Shown here: positions 63,791 through 64,000 of the stretch, piece after piece
Position numbering within the stretch: the stretch's first letter is position 1
Layout of the letters: each line of letters begins with the position of its first letter
Assembly (NCBI GenBank): GCA_051599415.1
Contig: AP039689.1
Location: forward strand, 372,001 to 436,000
DNA length: 64,000 nucleotides
DNA from: Savitreella phatthalungensis
Lineage: Eukaryota
Reading direction: 5' to 3'
Made by a program: the position numbers and the translations under genes
The notes under the pieces: generated by a model
Database searches by the model: none
Told to the model about the DNA's origin: nothing
Seen by the model: only the letters and a program-made list of their open reading frames with translations

Positions 63791-64000
63791 GAGTGCTAGC
63801 CACGCAAGCAAATCCTCAAATAGTCATCATGAATGGGGTTGTCGACAGCTCTGCCGTGGTTCGCGTCTAAAGAGCTGCGTGTATGGACCGATAGAGGAAA
63901 CAGCGGTAATCCTGGTGTTATCAAAGTCCTCACAAGTCCGATCAGGCAATGATGCCGCAGCTGTGACTGAAACCACTGGTACTTGTGCGCACTCCTCGGG

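Noticed and set aside
1..64000. tRNA, rRNA, snRNA, transposon or CRISPR features
   Set aside because: By eye I found no T-loop/anticodon pattern, snRNA signature, transposase/RT ORF, terminal repeats or repeat-spacer array; a covariance-model scan would be needed to exclude small RNAs.

Overview
Gene-dense, intron-poor fungal nuclear DNA with short spliceosomal introns (mostly 52-66 nt; GTRAG/GTATGT donors, CTGAC-type branch points, YAG acceptors). Close resemblance of several proteins to Schizosaccharomyces pombe orthologues (Slp1, Sft1, Cdc18), plus the compactness and a carotenoid gene, suggest a Taphrinomycotina fungus such as Protomyces or Taphrina; this is an inference. About 49 protein-coding genes are supported, almost all housekeeping: TORC (LST8), trafficking (YOS1, SFT1, SEC17, Sec61-beta, CDC50), cell cycle and replication (CDC6/cdc18, CDC20/slp1, PSF1, SPC19, DAD2, GCP2), autophagy (ATG4, ATG15), ribosome and RNA (RPL9, RLP24, MRPL24, RSM27, LSM5, POP8, NGL) and metabolism (HEM13, COQ6, HIS3, DHNA, MsrA). 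Several spliced genes absent or incomplete in the ORF track were reconstructed by hand. The stand-out feature is one reading frame (10200-13206, minus) that joins a full lycopene cyclase/phytoene synthase (CrtYB/CarRA/Al-2) in frame to a full GPI alpha-1,4-mannosyltransferase I (GPI14/PIG-M), with the catalytic motifs of the phytoene synthase and mannosyltransferase parts intact and almost no linker. Secondary highlights are a strongly base-paired long intron in Sec61-beta, a stand-alone tandem dihydroneopterin aldolase, enlarged Med11 and Rrn10 proteins and a triple MCB box upstream of cdc18. I recognised no tRNA, rRNA, transposon or CRISPR array. All family assignments come from motif recall, not database searches.
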